A stretch of 44,029 bases of DNA from a virus (taxonomy: Duplodnaviria; Caudoviricetes): positions 1-44,029 of IMG/VR virus record IMGVR_UViG_3300033489_000020; one strand, 5' to 3'. Position numbers and translations under genes: made by a program. The notes under the pieces were generated by a model. The model was not told the DNA's origin. It searched no databases and was given only the letters and a program-made list of their open reading frames with translations. Shown piece after piece: positions 18,088-27,977 of the stretch (position 1 is the first letter of the stretch; each line of letters begins with the position of its first letter).

Positions 18088-19771
18088 CTTTTGGGACAGG
18101 CTGGCATTTCTAGCTGGATACGTGAAGGCTGACGGAATCAAGGCCGACCGCATAACAGCACCCGGTTGGGCGCTCGCCGGTCTGGACGCCTATTCGGATA
18201 TGCCCGACCTGTCTGTTACTAAGAATCAACTGCAATCTATGCAGGCTCTGTCGTGGGTACATACCGCCGTAAATGCTTGCGTGCAGACGTCAGCGGGTAC
18301 ACGGTTTTCCGTCAAGCAGCGCGCGGGCGAAGAGCAGAAGGATATTGACAACCACCCGTTTGAATTGCTGCTTGAAAAGCCTAATCCTCTCCAGTCGCGC
18401 TTTGAGTTTCTGGTTGCGTGGTTTGGCTATCGCAAGTTGGCTGGTAACGATTACGTGTGGATGAATCGGACAGGGCCGAATGCGCCACCTACAGAGCTAT
18501 GGCACATTCCGCCCCACATGATCAGGCCTGTGCCAGATAGTCGTCAATACCTGCTTGGGTACGACTACGACCCAGGCAACGGGCAAATCATCAGGCTGGA
18601 GACGTGGGAGATTTGCCACACTCGCACATGGCACCCGGTTAACCGGTTTGTAGGATTGTCTGCCATCGAAGCTATTGCGCTATCGGTAGACAGCGACATG
18701 GCGCAGCAGCGCTGGAACAAAAATTACTTTTCCAAGAACAACGCAAAGATGCCCGGCGCTTTAGCCTTTGCCGATCCGATCAACGAAAATGACTGGCTGC
18801 GCATAAAAGAGGATTTAAGAGCTGATCACGGCGGTACAGAGCGGCGCATGATGATGTTGCGCAACGCTGGCAAGGGCGGTGTTCAGTGGTTGCAGATGGG
18901 CGTTACGCAGAAGGACATGGACTTCCTGGCCAGCCGCCAGTTTAGCAAGGAAGAGATATTTGGTGTGTTGGCGCCTGGATTGGCTTCCATCCTGTCCGTT
19001 AACTCAACTGAAGCAAATGCGCTGGCAGGCAGTAAGACATTCAACCAAATGGCGATATGGCCTGAGCACCAGGCCGTCGCTGAGCGTATCACTACCGACA
19101 TTCTGCCCTCCTATGGCGAGAACCTGCGCGGCGAGTTTGACGACGTGCGAATCTCCGACAGGGCACTCGAATTGCAAGAGCAACAAGCGTTCGAGAAGGC
19201 GCACACCATCAACGAGATCCGCAAAGAGTATTATGACGACGAACCATTAGGTGACGAGCGCGGCGATCTACTGCCGGCTGAGATTACCGGTCCTACCGGC
19301 ATTGGGCCAACATACAAAGAGCCTCAGCCAATCCCCGCACAGCTGCAAGCGTTTGCCGGGCAGCAGACAGCGGACGAAGAGCAGGAAGAGCAAACGCTAG
19401 AGCAGCGGATGAACAAGAAAGAGGAAGATGTACCAGAGGAAGAAGACGAACAGGCAGCTAAAGCGGATCTCCTCCGGTGGCAGCGCAAGGTAACGAAGCG
19501 TATAAAGGCGGGCCACGATGCGCTGGTTGACTTCGACAGCGAATTGATCGGCGACGGCCTCAAGTGTGCTGTGCTGCACGGGCTAGAGCACTCAGAGACG
19601 GTAGAGGAAGTGCGCGATGTATTCGACAGGGCCATTAAGGCGCGGCGCACCAGTAACGCGCCAGACGACGCAGAGCGCAGGAGAGCGGAGCGCGAGCTAC
19701 AGGCTATCATGGAAGAGTTTTTCGCGGGGCAGGTGAAGCGCATCAAGAAGGCGGTGCAAGTTGGCGCTTGA
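18068..19771 (+). CDS. Portal protein (HK97-like) with C-terminal extension
   Basis: HPFELLLEKPNP, GNDY, GLSAIEA, YFSKNNAKMPG, DMDFL, TINEIR. Confidence 0.92.
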   Translation: MPMAIGNFWDRLAFLAGYVKADGIKADRITAPGWALAGLDAYSDMPDLSVTKNQLQSMQALSWVHTAVNACVQTSAGTRFSVKQRAGEEQKDIDNHPFELLLEKPNPLQSRFEFLVAWFGYRKLAGNDYVWMNRTGPNAPPTELWHIPPHMIRPVPDSRQYLLGYDYDPGNGQIIRLETWEICHTRTWHPVNRFVGLSAIEAIALSVDSDMAQQRWNKNYFSKNNAKMPGALAFADPINENDWLRIKEDLRADHGGTERRMMMLRNAGKGGVQWLQMGVTQKDMDFLASRQFSKEEIFGVLAPGLASILSVNSTEANALAGSKTFNQMAIWPEHQAVAERITTDILPSYGENLRGEFDDVRISDRALELQEQQAFEKAHTINEIRKEYYDDEPLGDERGDLLPAEITGPTGIGPTYKEPQPIPAQLQAFAGQQTADEEQEEQTLEQRMNKKEEDVPEEEDEQAAKADLLRWQRKVTKRIKAGHDALVDFDSELIGDGLKCAVLHGLEHSETVEEVRDVFDRAIKARRTSNAPDDAERRRAERELQAIMEEFFAGQVKRIKKAVQVGA

Positions 19772-20330
19772 TGCGGGTTTCTGGACTGGCGAGCGCAGGA
19801 TGCTCTATAACGCGATGTTCCCGCGCATTCTCCAGGCAGGAACAAGTGGGGCCAAGAATGCGCTTGGGCAACTCCTAAGCAATATAGAGGTTGGCGTTGA
19901 TTGGGGGCTGGTGAATGACGCGGTATACGACTGGGCGCAGCGGTACACATTCGACCTGGTGAACAACATCACTGACACCAGCGAGCGGTACTTACAGAAG
20001 ACGGTTAGCAAGTGGATAAGCAGCGGGGCGCCCATTGATGACCTGATGACTACTATCGAGCCTATGTTCGGAGATATTCGGGCGCGAATGGTGGCGGTTA
20101 CTGAGGTAACACGGGCATACACAGAGGGCAACATAGCAAGCTGGAAAGAGAGCAAGGTGGTAGACGGACAGCGTTGGATGACGGCAGAAGACGACAGGGT
20201 TTGTCCAGAGTGCGGGCCGATGGCAGAGGCAGAAGACAGCCTGGGAGGCGACTTTGGCGGCCAGGGACGCCCGCCGTTGCATATCAATTGCAGGTGTTGG
20301 GTACAACCGATTGTGAGGTTGCCTGAATGA
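19761..20330 (+). CDS. Minor head protein, SPP1 gp7 / MuF family
   Basis: RARMVAVTE, WMTAEDDRVCPEC, PPLHINCRC. Confidence 0.9.
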   Translation: MALDAGFWTGERRMLYNAMFPRILQAGTSGAKNALGQLLSNIEVGVDWGLVNDAVYDWAQRYTFDLVNNITDTSERYLQKTVSKWISSGAPIDDLMTTIEPMFGDIRARMVAVTEVTRAYTEGNIASWKESKVVDGQRWMTAEDDRVCPECGPMAEAEDSLGGDFGGQGRPPLHINCRCWVQPIVRLPE

Positions 20331-20737
20331 TAGGCATACGCATCGAGGGGATGGAAAACCTAAACAGGCGCCTGGCTAAAATTGGCAGCATTGACAAAGA
20401 GTTACATGAGACAACCGACAGGGCCATCAAATATGTGCATAGCCAAGTACCGCCATACCCGTCCACCCGTCCAGGCCAGCGCTACGTGCGAACGGGCACG
20501 CTGGGGAGGTCGATAGGCACGGAGGTGCGCTCGTTGGGAACCAGCATCGTCGGTGCGATTGGCACGGCGGTTGTGTATGCTCCTGATGTTATATCTGAGA
20601 GCGCGGTAGGCGGGCGTGGGCCACAGTCGCGCTGGCACGTAGGGCGCTGGTGGACACTACAGGGCGTTATGCGCAAGGCAAGAGACGGCGTGATCAAGAT
20701 TTACGAGGATATGCTAAGGAGGCTCGTGCATGGCTAA
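20327..20737 (+). CDS. HK97 gp10-like neck/tail-completion protein
   Basis: IRIEGMENL...YVRTGTLGRSI...GTAVVYA. Confidence 0.7.
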   Translation: MIGIRIEGMENLNRRLAKIGSIDKELHETTDRAIKYVHSQVPPYPSTRPGQRYVRTGTLGRSIGTEVRSLGTSIVGAIGTAVVYAPDVISESAVGGRGPQSRWHVGRWWTLQGVMRKARDGVIKIYEDMLRRLVHG

Positions 20738-21365
20738 TGACTACATCACTGCGGCAGACATGGAGGCCGAGCGCCCAGACACGACGTGGGACAGCACATA
20801 CGACACGCTGATGGGGCTGATCGCCACGGCAGCCAGTCGCTATATCGACAGCCTGTGCCTCAAGCCTGCCAGCTACTTCTATGCAGACACGGCCGCGGCG
20901 CGATACTTCGATGGCACATCTGGCACCAAGCTATGGGTAGACCATATGGCGGCGGCTCCGTCGGCGGTCGCTGTGGCAGAGATGGGCGACGTAGACGGCG
21001 CTGCCGGAACAGGCGGAACCTACACAACATGGGCAACGAGTGACTATTATTGCTGGCCAATGAACGCGGCGTCAATACCAGAGCCGTACCAGGCGCTTGT
21101 GATCGACGCAATAAACGGGAGCAAGAATACCTGGTATACCTATCCGCGCTGCGTAAAGATTACTGCGCAGTGGGGCGGATACACCGCCGTTCCGAGCGAC
21201 ATTAAGCGGATCACAATGGCCGAGGCGGTGCGTATGCTAAAGAAAGCACAACAAAGCTATCGAGACACTGGCGGGATCATCGAACTTGGGAAGCTGACAT
21301 ACACCAAAGCTATTGACCCGATGACGGCCCTGGTTATAGCGAAATACAAGACGGTGAGCGTATGA
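20730..21365 (+). CDS. Head-tail connector/adaptor
   Basis: YITAADM, AASRYIDSLC, VKITAQWGG...VPSDIK. Confidence 0.75.
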   Translation: MANDYITAADMEAERPDTTWDSTYDTLMGLIATAASRYIDSLCLKPASYFYADTAAARYFDGTSGTKLWVDHMAAAPSAVAVAEMGDVDGAAGTGGTYTTWATSDYYCWPMNAASIPEPYQALVIDAINGSKNTWYTYPRCVKITAQWGGYTAVPSDIKRITMAEAVRMLKKAQQSYRDTGGIIELGKLTYTKAIDPMTALVIAKYKTVSV

Positions 21366-21766
21366 CACTATCGGCAGCAATCGCAAAAATACAAGCGCAC
21401 GCTATCGCGGTAGGAATGGCAGAGGCGCCAACGTATCCACTAGAATCCCAAGAGGTGTATCCGTTTGCTATTGCATATGATAGGCGCGGAAATCTAATAC
21501 AAGAGAGTGCTGGATGGGGTATTGATATGTGTACTGTGGTTTGCGAAATGCATTTTATAAATCAATACCTACCGCTTGCCGTTACTAAGGCCATGACATA
21601 CCGCGAATCATTTATAAAGCGCATTATAAGCGATCCAACGCTCGGCGGAACAGTTACCACAATCAACGGGTTACGTTATGAGTTTGGAAAGTTAGGAGAC
21701 GATGAATCGGCTGACCTTGGATACAAGTGGGAGTTTGACATTAAAACAGTGCTAGACGGGTCATAG
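21362..21766 (+). CDS. Tail terminator-like protein
   Basis: Position; DPTLGGTV motif. Confidence 0.6.
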   Translation: MTLSAAIAKIQAHAIAVGMAEAPTYPLESQEVYPFAIAYDRRGNLIQESAGWGIDMCTVVCEMHFINQYLPLAVTKAMTYRESFIKRIISDPTLGGTVTTINGLRYEFGKLGDDESADLGYKWEFDIKTVLDGS

Positions 21767-21778
21767 AAAGAGGTGAAT

Positions 21779-21979
21779 ATGTTGCGATACACAGGCGGGG
21801 GATTTGGAGGATCGTTGCCGGGGCTGCCAGCCAGGGACTTGACGGATCAGGAGGTACTGGACTTGGGCGGAGAGAAAGCACTGCTTGACACTGGATTGTA
21901 CGCCAAAGGCGCACAGGACGACAAGCCGCGCAAAAACAAAGCGGTAGAAACGATTGTGGAGAATGACGAAGCAGAGTGA
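21779..21979 (+). CDS. Small hypothetical protein
   Basis: GAGGTG RBS; LPGLPARDLT. Confidence 0.6.
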   Translation: MLRYTGGGFGGSLPGLPARDLTDQEVLDLGGEKALLDTGLYAKGAQDDKPRKNKAVETIVENDEAE

Positions 21980-22673
21980 CGATAAACCCTGGCCGCGTGT
22001 GCTGGTAGGAATGCCGCGCGAGCGCACGATTCCCAACTGCGGGCACGTCAGCATGATGAAGGTTGCCCAGCGCGGCTACCCAATTATCGACCTGCCATAC
22101 TCGCGCACCGACGTGGCGCGCAACAAGTTTGCCGAGCACCTGTTGGACAGCGACTTCACACACCTGCTCATGCTCGACTGTGACCATGAGCACCCAGATA
22201 ACATTGTGGCGACATTGGCGCGGTGGGTAACAGACGATCCGAGCAAGCAGGTGATAGCGGGCAAGGTGAGAAGGCGAGGCGAGCCTTACGATTTGCTGAT
22301 GTTCTTGCCGGACGGCGAAGGTGCTTACTACAGCCCGGCAGATTTACCGCCAGGTCTGATCAAAGTGGTAAACGGTAACGGGCCTGGATACGTGGCAACA
22401 TCTGCGATCCTGATAGCCAGAGAAGTATTTGAGACGATACCCTGGCCATGGTTCAAATACGAGTATCCTGAGCAGGGGCAGTACCCGACAGAGGATATTT
22501 GGTTTTGCAAGCAGTGCAGCGCGCACGGGATTGACATTTGGATGGACACAACGATTATTAGCCCGCACATGATAGAGGGCTTCGTGACGGATGAGACTTA
22601 TCACACATATGCAAAGGCTCACCCGGAAGTTGTACAGAAAATAGAGGAAACGGAGGTAATCAATGGCAGTTAA
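21963..22673 (+). CDS. GT-A fold glycosyltransferase (GT2-like)
   Basis: ARNKFAE, HLLMLDCD (DxD), LIAREVF, TEDIWFC. Confidence 0.85.
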   Translation: MTKQSDDKPWPRVLVGMPRERTIPNCGHVSMMKVAQRGYPIIDLPYSRTDVARNKFAEHLLDSDFTHLLMLDCDHEHPDNIVATLARWVTDDPSKQVIAGKVRRRGEPYDLLMFLPDGEGAYYSPADLPPGLIKVVNGNGPGYVATSAILIAREVFETIPWPWFKYEYPEQGQYPTEDIWFCKQCSAHGIDIWMDTTIISPHMIEGFVTDETYHTYAKAHPEVVQKIEETEVINGS

Positions 22674-23658
22674 AGCACTAAGATCTATACAGGTCGGGTT
22701 GGAAACCACAGCGGGAACTGAGGTGAATGCTACTACCATCCTGCGCGGTACTGGCACAATCGAAGATAAGGGGGTGCCAACCCTGGCTGATGAGGATGTT
22801 GGTTACATGATGGGGACAGACAGAACTTACACCCCCAAACTTGAGGGCACGCTGACGTTTGAGTGCGATGCCACATACGAGCAGCTCCCCATCATACTGG
22901 ACGCTGGGATCAAGACCGTTAGCCCTACCACAACCGGATCGGGAAGCGGGTATATCTATACCTATCCATTCCCGACTACAGCAGCGGGCGCTATCAAGAC
23001 CCGCACGATTGAGGCAGGGGACGACGCTGGTGACGAGATTATGCTGTACTCGTTCGTAAGCGGCTTCAAGCTGAGCGGCAAGAGTGGCGAGGCGATTATG
23101 CTGTCCGCCGACTGGGTGGGCCGAGATGTTAACCCAACCACAGCAACGACAAATGCCACTCTGCCCACGGTATCAACTATCCTGTTCGGAAAATGCTATC
23201 TGTATATCGACACGGCGGGCGGAACGGCAGGGGCTACAGTCAAGAGCAACACGCTCTTGGCGTTTGACCTCGACGTAAAAACTGGACAGACGCCGGTGTA
23301 CACCGCTGACGGCAACCTGTACTTTGGTTTTGTAAAGCAGGTGCAACCTAAGGTCGAGTTGAAGGTAACGTTCGAGAACGACGCTACCAGCATCGCAGAG
23401 CATGCAGCTATGAAGGCGGAAACGGCTGAGCAAGTGCGGCTGAAGGTGGTCGGCCCAGCCCTACAGACAACCGGGACGGCGTACACTACCAAGACCATGA
23501 TCATCGACGTTGTTGGAAAGTGGACAAAGTTTGACAAGGTTGGTGAGCAGAACGGTAACGACATTCTGACCGGAACGATGGCCGGAAGGTATGACTCCAC
23601 AGCAGCAACCGCTGGGCAAATCCTGATCGTGAACGAGTTGGCTGCCCTCGCGGGCTAG
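22663..23658 (+). CDS. Major tail (tube) protein
   Basis: IQVGLETTAGT N-terminus; Thr-rich beta protein; precedes chaperone and tape measure. Confidence 0.8.
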   Translation: MAVKALRSIQVGLETTAGTEVNATTILRGTGTIEDKGVPTLADEDVGYMMGTDRTYTPKLEGTLTFECDATYEQLPIILDAGIKTVSPTTTGSGSGYIYTYPFPTTAAGAIKTRTIEAGDDAGDEIMLYSFVSGFKLSGKSGEAIMLSADWVGRDVNPTTATTNATLPTVSTILFGKCYLYIDTAGGTAGATVKSNTLLAFDLDVKTGQTPVYTADGNLYFGFVKQVQPKVELKVTFENDATSIAEHAAMKAETAEQVRLKVVGPALQTTGTAYTTKTMIIDVVGKWTKFDKVGEQNGNDILTGTMAGRYDSTAATAGQILIVNELAALAG

Positions 23659-23670
23659 AAAGAAGTAGCA

Positions 23671-24006
23671 ATGGATCTAAACATACACATAACAGACGAG
23701 CGCAAGATGGAGCTGACGCTTAATGCTATCTGCGCGCTAGAGGATTGGGTAAGCGGTGCGGAAGGAGACATGAGAGCAACGCGCGAACTTGTCGCCACCT
23801 TCATGACAGATGCGGACGGAAACTACCTGGACGAGCAGTCTGCTATGCGTGTCATTGGGCGCGTCAAGCAAAAGGACTTTGTTGCGAAAATATTCACGCC
23901 GTTCTTTGACGCGTTCAAGGATCACCTTGTCCCAAAAGCGAACGGGGAGCACTCATCGTCGCCGTCTACCACGGAGGAGCAGGCCCAGCATGGCTCGGCG
24001 ACCTAA
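23671..24006 (+). CDS. Tail assembly chaperone (G)
   Basis: Lies between tube and tape measure; contains slippery heptamer. Confidence 0.75.
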   Translation: MDLNIHITDERKMELTLNAICALEDWVSGAEGDMRATRELVATFMTDADGNYLDEQSAMRVIGRVKQKDFVAKIFTPFFDAFKDHLVPKANGEHSSSPSTTEEQAQHGSAT

Positions 24007-24218
24007 TACGAGCCAACAAGTGGGGCAAGGCGCCGTGGGAGTTGGGTTGGTTCCCCGACAAGATAACGCACTGGGATAGACTGAGGTGGCGGTACAGGTG
24101 GGAATTGTGGCAAGAGCTACGCGCCACATGGCGCAGTCAGCAATACAAATCGATGACGCCAGAAAACATCATGGCGATATTGATGGTTATTCAATCGGAA
24201 CTAATGAGCAATGGCTGA
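23931..24218 (+). CDS. -1 frameshift extension of tail chaperone (GT form); slippery site C CCA AAA at 23931-23937
   Basis: X XXY YYZ heptamer in the correct frame; -1 frame open to TGA 24216-24218 (…WGKAPWELGW…). Confidence 0.75.
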   Translation, partial: PKSERGALIVAVYHGGAGPAWLGDLIRANKWGKAPWELGWFPDKITHWDRLRWRYRWELWQELRATWRSQQYKSMTPENIMAILMVIQSELMSNG

Positions 24219-25692
24219 CGAAGAACTAAAAGTTAAGATAACCGTCGAGGGCGGAGACAAGGCCAAGGACGCTGTTGATGGCTTGTCTAAATCTTCGTCT
24301 GGTCTAGCTGGCGAATTGACTAAGCTTATACCAGGTGCGTCACAAGCCACAAACTCGCTCACAAATATGGGCGGTATTGTTAAAACGCTTGCGCCAACGC
24401 TGGGCGTATCTACCGAGGCCGCAGCTGGTCTCTCGACATCACTGATAGCTATGGCTGGGCCTATTGCAGCTGTAATAGCAGTTGTAGGTATTGCAACCGT
24501 CGCCATAACTGGAATGTCAAAGGCGTTTGCCTTTGCGATGGAGAGGGCTGAGGAGGCACAGAAGGTAGAAGTCCAGTTAGAGGCTGTCATAAAATCTACT
24601 GGGGGCGCCGCTGGCGTGACAGCAGAACAGATAATCAGTTTGGCGCAAAACCTGAGCGCATTGTCAGGGGTAGAAGATGACGTGATTATAGCGTCGTCTA
24701 ACATCTTGCTAACATTCACTCAGATCGGAAAGGACGTATTCCCTAAAGTACAAGAGACGGCGCTTGACTTGTCACAAGCATTCGGGATGGACTTGCAGAG
24801 CGCCAGTGTGATGCTGGGTAAGGCATTGCAAGACCCAGCAACAGGAATGACAGCACTGACCAGAGTCGGTGTTACGTTTAGCGAAGAAATGAAGGCGGCC
24901 GCGCAGAGCATGGTGGATAATGGCCAGATAGCTCGCGCGCAGGGCATGATACTAGAGGAGGTTGCTCGCCAGGTTGGCGGTAGTGCGGCAGCTATGGGCG
25001 GTACAGTGGCAGGCGAAAGTTCCAAGATCAAGAACCTGATCGGAAATATGGGGGAAGACTTTGGGAAGGCATTTTTGCCTCTTAAGGGCGATTTATTGGT
25101 TATCGTAAGAGAGTTTTTAACTCAGGTTTCACACAGTCTACAGCCGGCCATGGCATTATTGCGTAATGAGGTAAGACAGTTCCAAATGGTTCTACGTGAC
25201 CCTGAAATGAAAAAGGCTATCGATGAAATGATTACCGCATTTGCCGAATGGCTTGGAGCCGGGGCAATTAATGATATAAAAATCATGTCGATGGCGGTGC
25301 GTGATTTTTTGACAAGATTTCGCGATGGCGGACCAGAAGCTATACAGATGATCACGTCTATGGTTAGAGACATGGCCAAGTTGGCAGAAATAGTTGGGCG
25401 AGTGCTCGATCTTATGGACAGGTTTGGCGGGAAGAGCGCGCCTACGACTAGGCTGCCAGGCTACGCCAGCGGCGTAATGAATGCACCCGGCGGGTGGGCG
25501 ATGGTTGGCGAGAGCGGGCCAGAGTTGATGCAGGTGCCGCGCGGGGCGAATATATACCCGAGCGGATCCGCGCCGACTACGGATGCCGGCGGCATGAAGA
25601 TCTACGGGCCTATTAGCATTACAGCGCCAAACGACGGCAGCTTGTCGGCACTGATGCACAACTTGGAGGCAGCCGCGACGGCGACAGCATGA
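24211..25692 (+). CDS. Tape measure protein (short, 493 aa)
   Basis: Ala/Gly-rich helices, LGKALQDP, GYASG...VGESGPEL C-terminal motif. Confidence 0.9.
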   Translation: MADEELKVKITVEGGDKAKDAVDGLSKSSSGLAGELTKLIPGASQATNSLTNMGGIVKTLAPTLGVSTEAAAGLSTSLIAMAGPIAAVIAVVGIATVAITGMSKAFAFAMERAEEAQKVEVQLEAVIKSTGGAAGVTAEQIISLAQNLSALSGVEDDVIIASSNILLTFTQIGKDVFPKVQETALDLSQAFGMDLQSASVMLGKALQDPATGMTALTRVGVTFSEEMKAAAQSMVDNGQIARAQGMILEEVARQVGGSAAAMGGTVAGESSKIKNLIGNMGEDFGKAFLPLKGDLLVIVREFLTQVSHSLQPAMALLRNEVRQFQMVLRDPEMKKAIDEMITAFAEWLGAGAINDIKIMSMAVRDFLTRFRDGGPEAIQMITSMVRDMAKLAEIVGRVLDLMDRFGGKSAPTTRLPGYASGVMNAPGGWAMVGESGPELMQVPRGANIYPSGSAPTTDAGGMKIYGPISITAPNDGSLSALMHNLEAAATATA

Positions 25693-27977
25693 ACCTGGAG
25701 ATCGTTAGCTTCAACGGCACGAGCCTGAGCGATAGTTCATTCAAGGCATACTTTCCAAAGCCCTCCGTGATGGCTGGCCCGGAGGGGGACGCCGGATTTG
25801 TTGAGCGTTCGTACTTTAGTCCGGTGTTTACCTACAAGCGACGCAAGCCTCGCACGCTGCCCGTGCACATCAAGATGCTGGAAACGATTGCATCGAACGT
25901 TGATACACTCAAGGCGCTGTTTAATCCATACGCCAATGACGAGTACAAGCTGCTTGTCAAGGATCTGAACGACAGCGACAAGCAATATTATGTGTATGGC
26001 ACTCCGATCAGCATCCCAGACGTTGATGGTCAAGAGATGGTTGTCAACCTGTGGGTTGCCGATCCGGTGTGGAAAACAGAAACCGAGACATCGGTTAGTT
26101 GGGCGGTTACGAGTAGCGGTGACCAGGAGAGCATCACTGTAGGCGGATCATTCTATAGCGAGCCAACATTCGAGATAACGCCCACTGCGGCGAAGTCTGG
26201 CGGTAAGGCATACCGCATCTTCTGCCCGGTGTACAACCCAAGCACGACGATCACCTATACCGATTACCCGTTGGACATTGTAAACAATGCGCTGGATACT
26301 GCCGCGCTTGTGGCGGACACCACGCGCCACGTCACGATCAACGATGGCGATGGGATCACCGATGCGGATGCGACGATAACCTATGATGGCGAGGTGGGAA
26401 CATTCCCGACCTCTGGGCTTGCGTATCTGGGAACCGAGCAGATCACATATACCGGCAAATCGGCAACACAGTTGACGGGATGCACACGTGGCGTAAACGG
26501 AACCAGCGCGGCGGCCCACCTTGATGACGTGGTGATATACGCATCTAAGATGGAGGCTGACGGAGGCGATATTCAGGTGCTTGTTGATGGTATTGCTGTT
26601 AACTATTGGCTGCAAGACATCAACAACGCCACGACTCAGGTTTGGATCAATGCCGATCTGAGTGCTGGCTATACCATGACCAACGGCGTGCTTATTGCTG
26701 CTGCTGGCGCCATTACAACCATCACGCTGGAGAATAGTACAGCCAACATCGACGCGATCAACGCACTTCCCAGCAACGGGCGGTTGATGATCGATAGCGA
26801 ACTGTTTAGCTATACAGGGAAGAATGTCACAACGCGGCAGTTCACGGGCGTAACGCGCGAGGCATTCAATACGGCAGCGGCAGAGCACACCGTGGGCGAT
26901 AGCGTGCGATGGATCGAGCACGAGGTGTATATCTACCACGGCGTGCACGACTTGCCAGCGTTTACAGTGGATGATACCTACAAGCCATACATCGAGCTAG
27001 ACAGCACGAATTCAGAATGGACATGGGACGCGACATTTGCTAAGACGGATACTAACAATTCGTATCTGTTGCGCGCTGACGCATGGAGATCGAAGTGGCC
27101 AGAAGCCTGGGATAATACAAGCCAAACATATCACAACAAATATGATCGCTACTATAATGTCAATTGTGACTATGGCTACTATGTTGGCATGGACACAACT
27201 GCGCCAAGCGCACAGACGACAGAAAACGACCTGACTTTTTCTGTACTTGGAACCTATTATGCGAATTTAGGTTGGGGGCAAAGATACCAATACCTTAATT
27301 TTATGGGCAGTTCTCCATTCTGCGTTTACGTACCGAGTTACTTTACTCATATAGCCGCAACGGGCAAAAGATATTTGGCCAGCGACGCTGGAGCAGATTG
27401 GTACCGGACTTCTGCTGGTTTTTATATGTTTCGCATTGCGTCTTCCACGTCAGCGGAAAGTCTAACGAGTTCCTCTAGTTTTAGCGATGCTTTTAGTGTT
27501 GCAGCTCCAGCCGGGACAGGTGCATCCGATCCATGGTCGCAGGCAACCCTTGATTTAAGCGGTTCTTTCAATTACCTGGCGTTTGATCCAGTACGTACCG
27601 ATGCTGCAAAAGATGCTGAGGTAAGAATAGAAGTCGATACTCTGACTCTGACACTTGTTTCGTCCAATATACCCGTAGCCGCCGCGGGATTATCTGTTGA
27701 GTTTTATCATATAAATGCCTCACTCGTAAACTCCACGACTGGCGATTACATCGACATCGACTACGACATCAACCTCAACACAGCGCTGATTTTCAACACG
27801 TCAGCGCACACGGTAGTCGATAACGATAGCGGTGCATATGCGCGTGGTGCTATTGCGCTGTCAAGTTATCGCCACGACTGGTTAAAGATGGCGCCCGGTG
27901 CCAATGTGCTGCAATGGGATGAAACAGGCGCGGCCGGCCTCACCATTGTTGTCAAAAGACGGGAGCGCAAACTGTGA
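25689..27977 (+). CDS. Distal tail (Dit-like) protein with large inserted domains
   Basis: Follows TMP; DPVW...EPTFEI and LKMAPGANVL Dit-like ends; internal repeated motif. Confidence 0.65.
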   Translation: MNLEIVSFNGTSLSDSSFKAYFPKPSVMAGPEGDAGFVERSYFSPVFTYKRRKPRTLPVHIKMLETIASNVDTLKALFNPYANDEYKLLVKDLNDSDKQYYVYGTPISIPDVDGQEMVVNLWVADPVWKTETETSVSWAVTSSGDQESITVGGSFYSEPTFEITPTAAKSGGKAYRIFCPVYNPSTTITYTDYPLDIVNNALDTAALVADTTRHVTINDGDGITDADATITYDGEVGTFPTSGLAYLGTEQITYTGKSATQLTGCTRGVNGTSAAAHLDDVVIYASKMEADGGDIQVLVDGIAVNYWLQDINNATTQVWINADLSAGYTMTNGVLIAAAGAITTITLENSTANIDAINALPSNGRLMIDSELFSYTGKNVTTRQFTGVTREAFNTAAAEHTVGDSVRWIEHEVYIYHGVHDLPAFTVDDTYKPYIELDSTNSEWTWDATFAKTDTNNSYLLRADAWRSKWPEAWDNTSQTYHNKYDRYYNVNCDYGYYVGMDTTAPSAQTTENDLTFSVLGTYYANLGWGQRYQYLNFMGSSPFCVYVPSYFTHIAATGKRYLASDAGADWYRTSAGFYMFRIASSTSAESLTSSSSFSDAFSVAAPAGTGASDPWSQATLDLSGSFNYLAFDPVRTDAAKDAEVRIEVDTLTLTLVSSNIPVAAAGLSVEFYHINASLVNSTTGDYIDIDYDINLNTALIFNTSAHTVVDNDSGAYARGAIALSSYRHDWLKMAPGANVLQWDETGAAGLTIVVKRRERKL

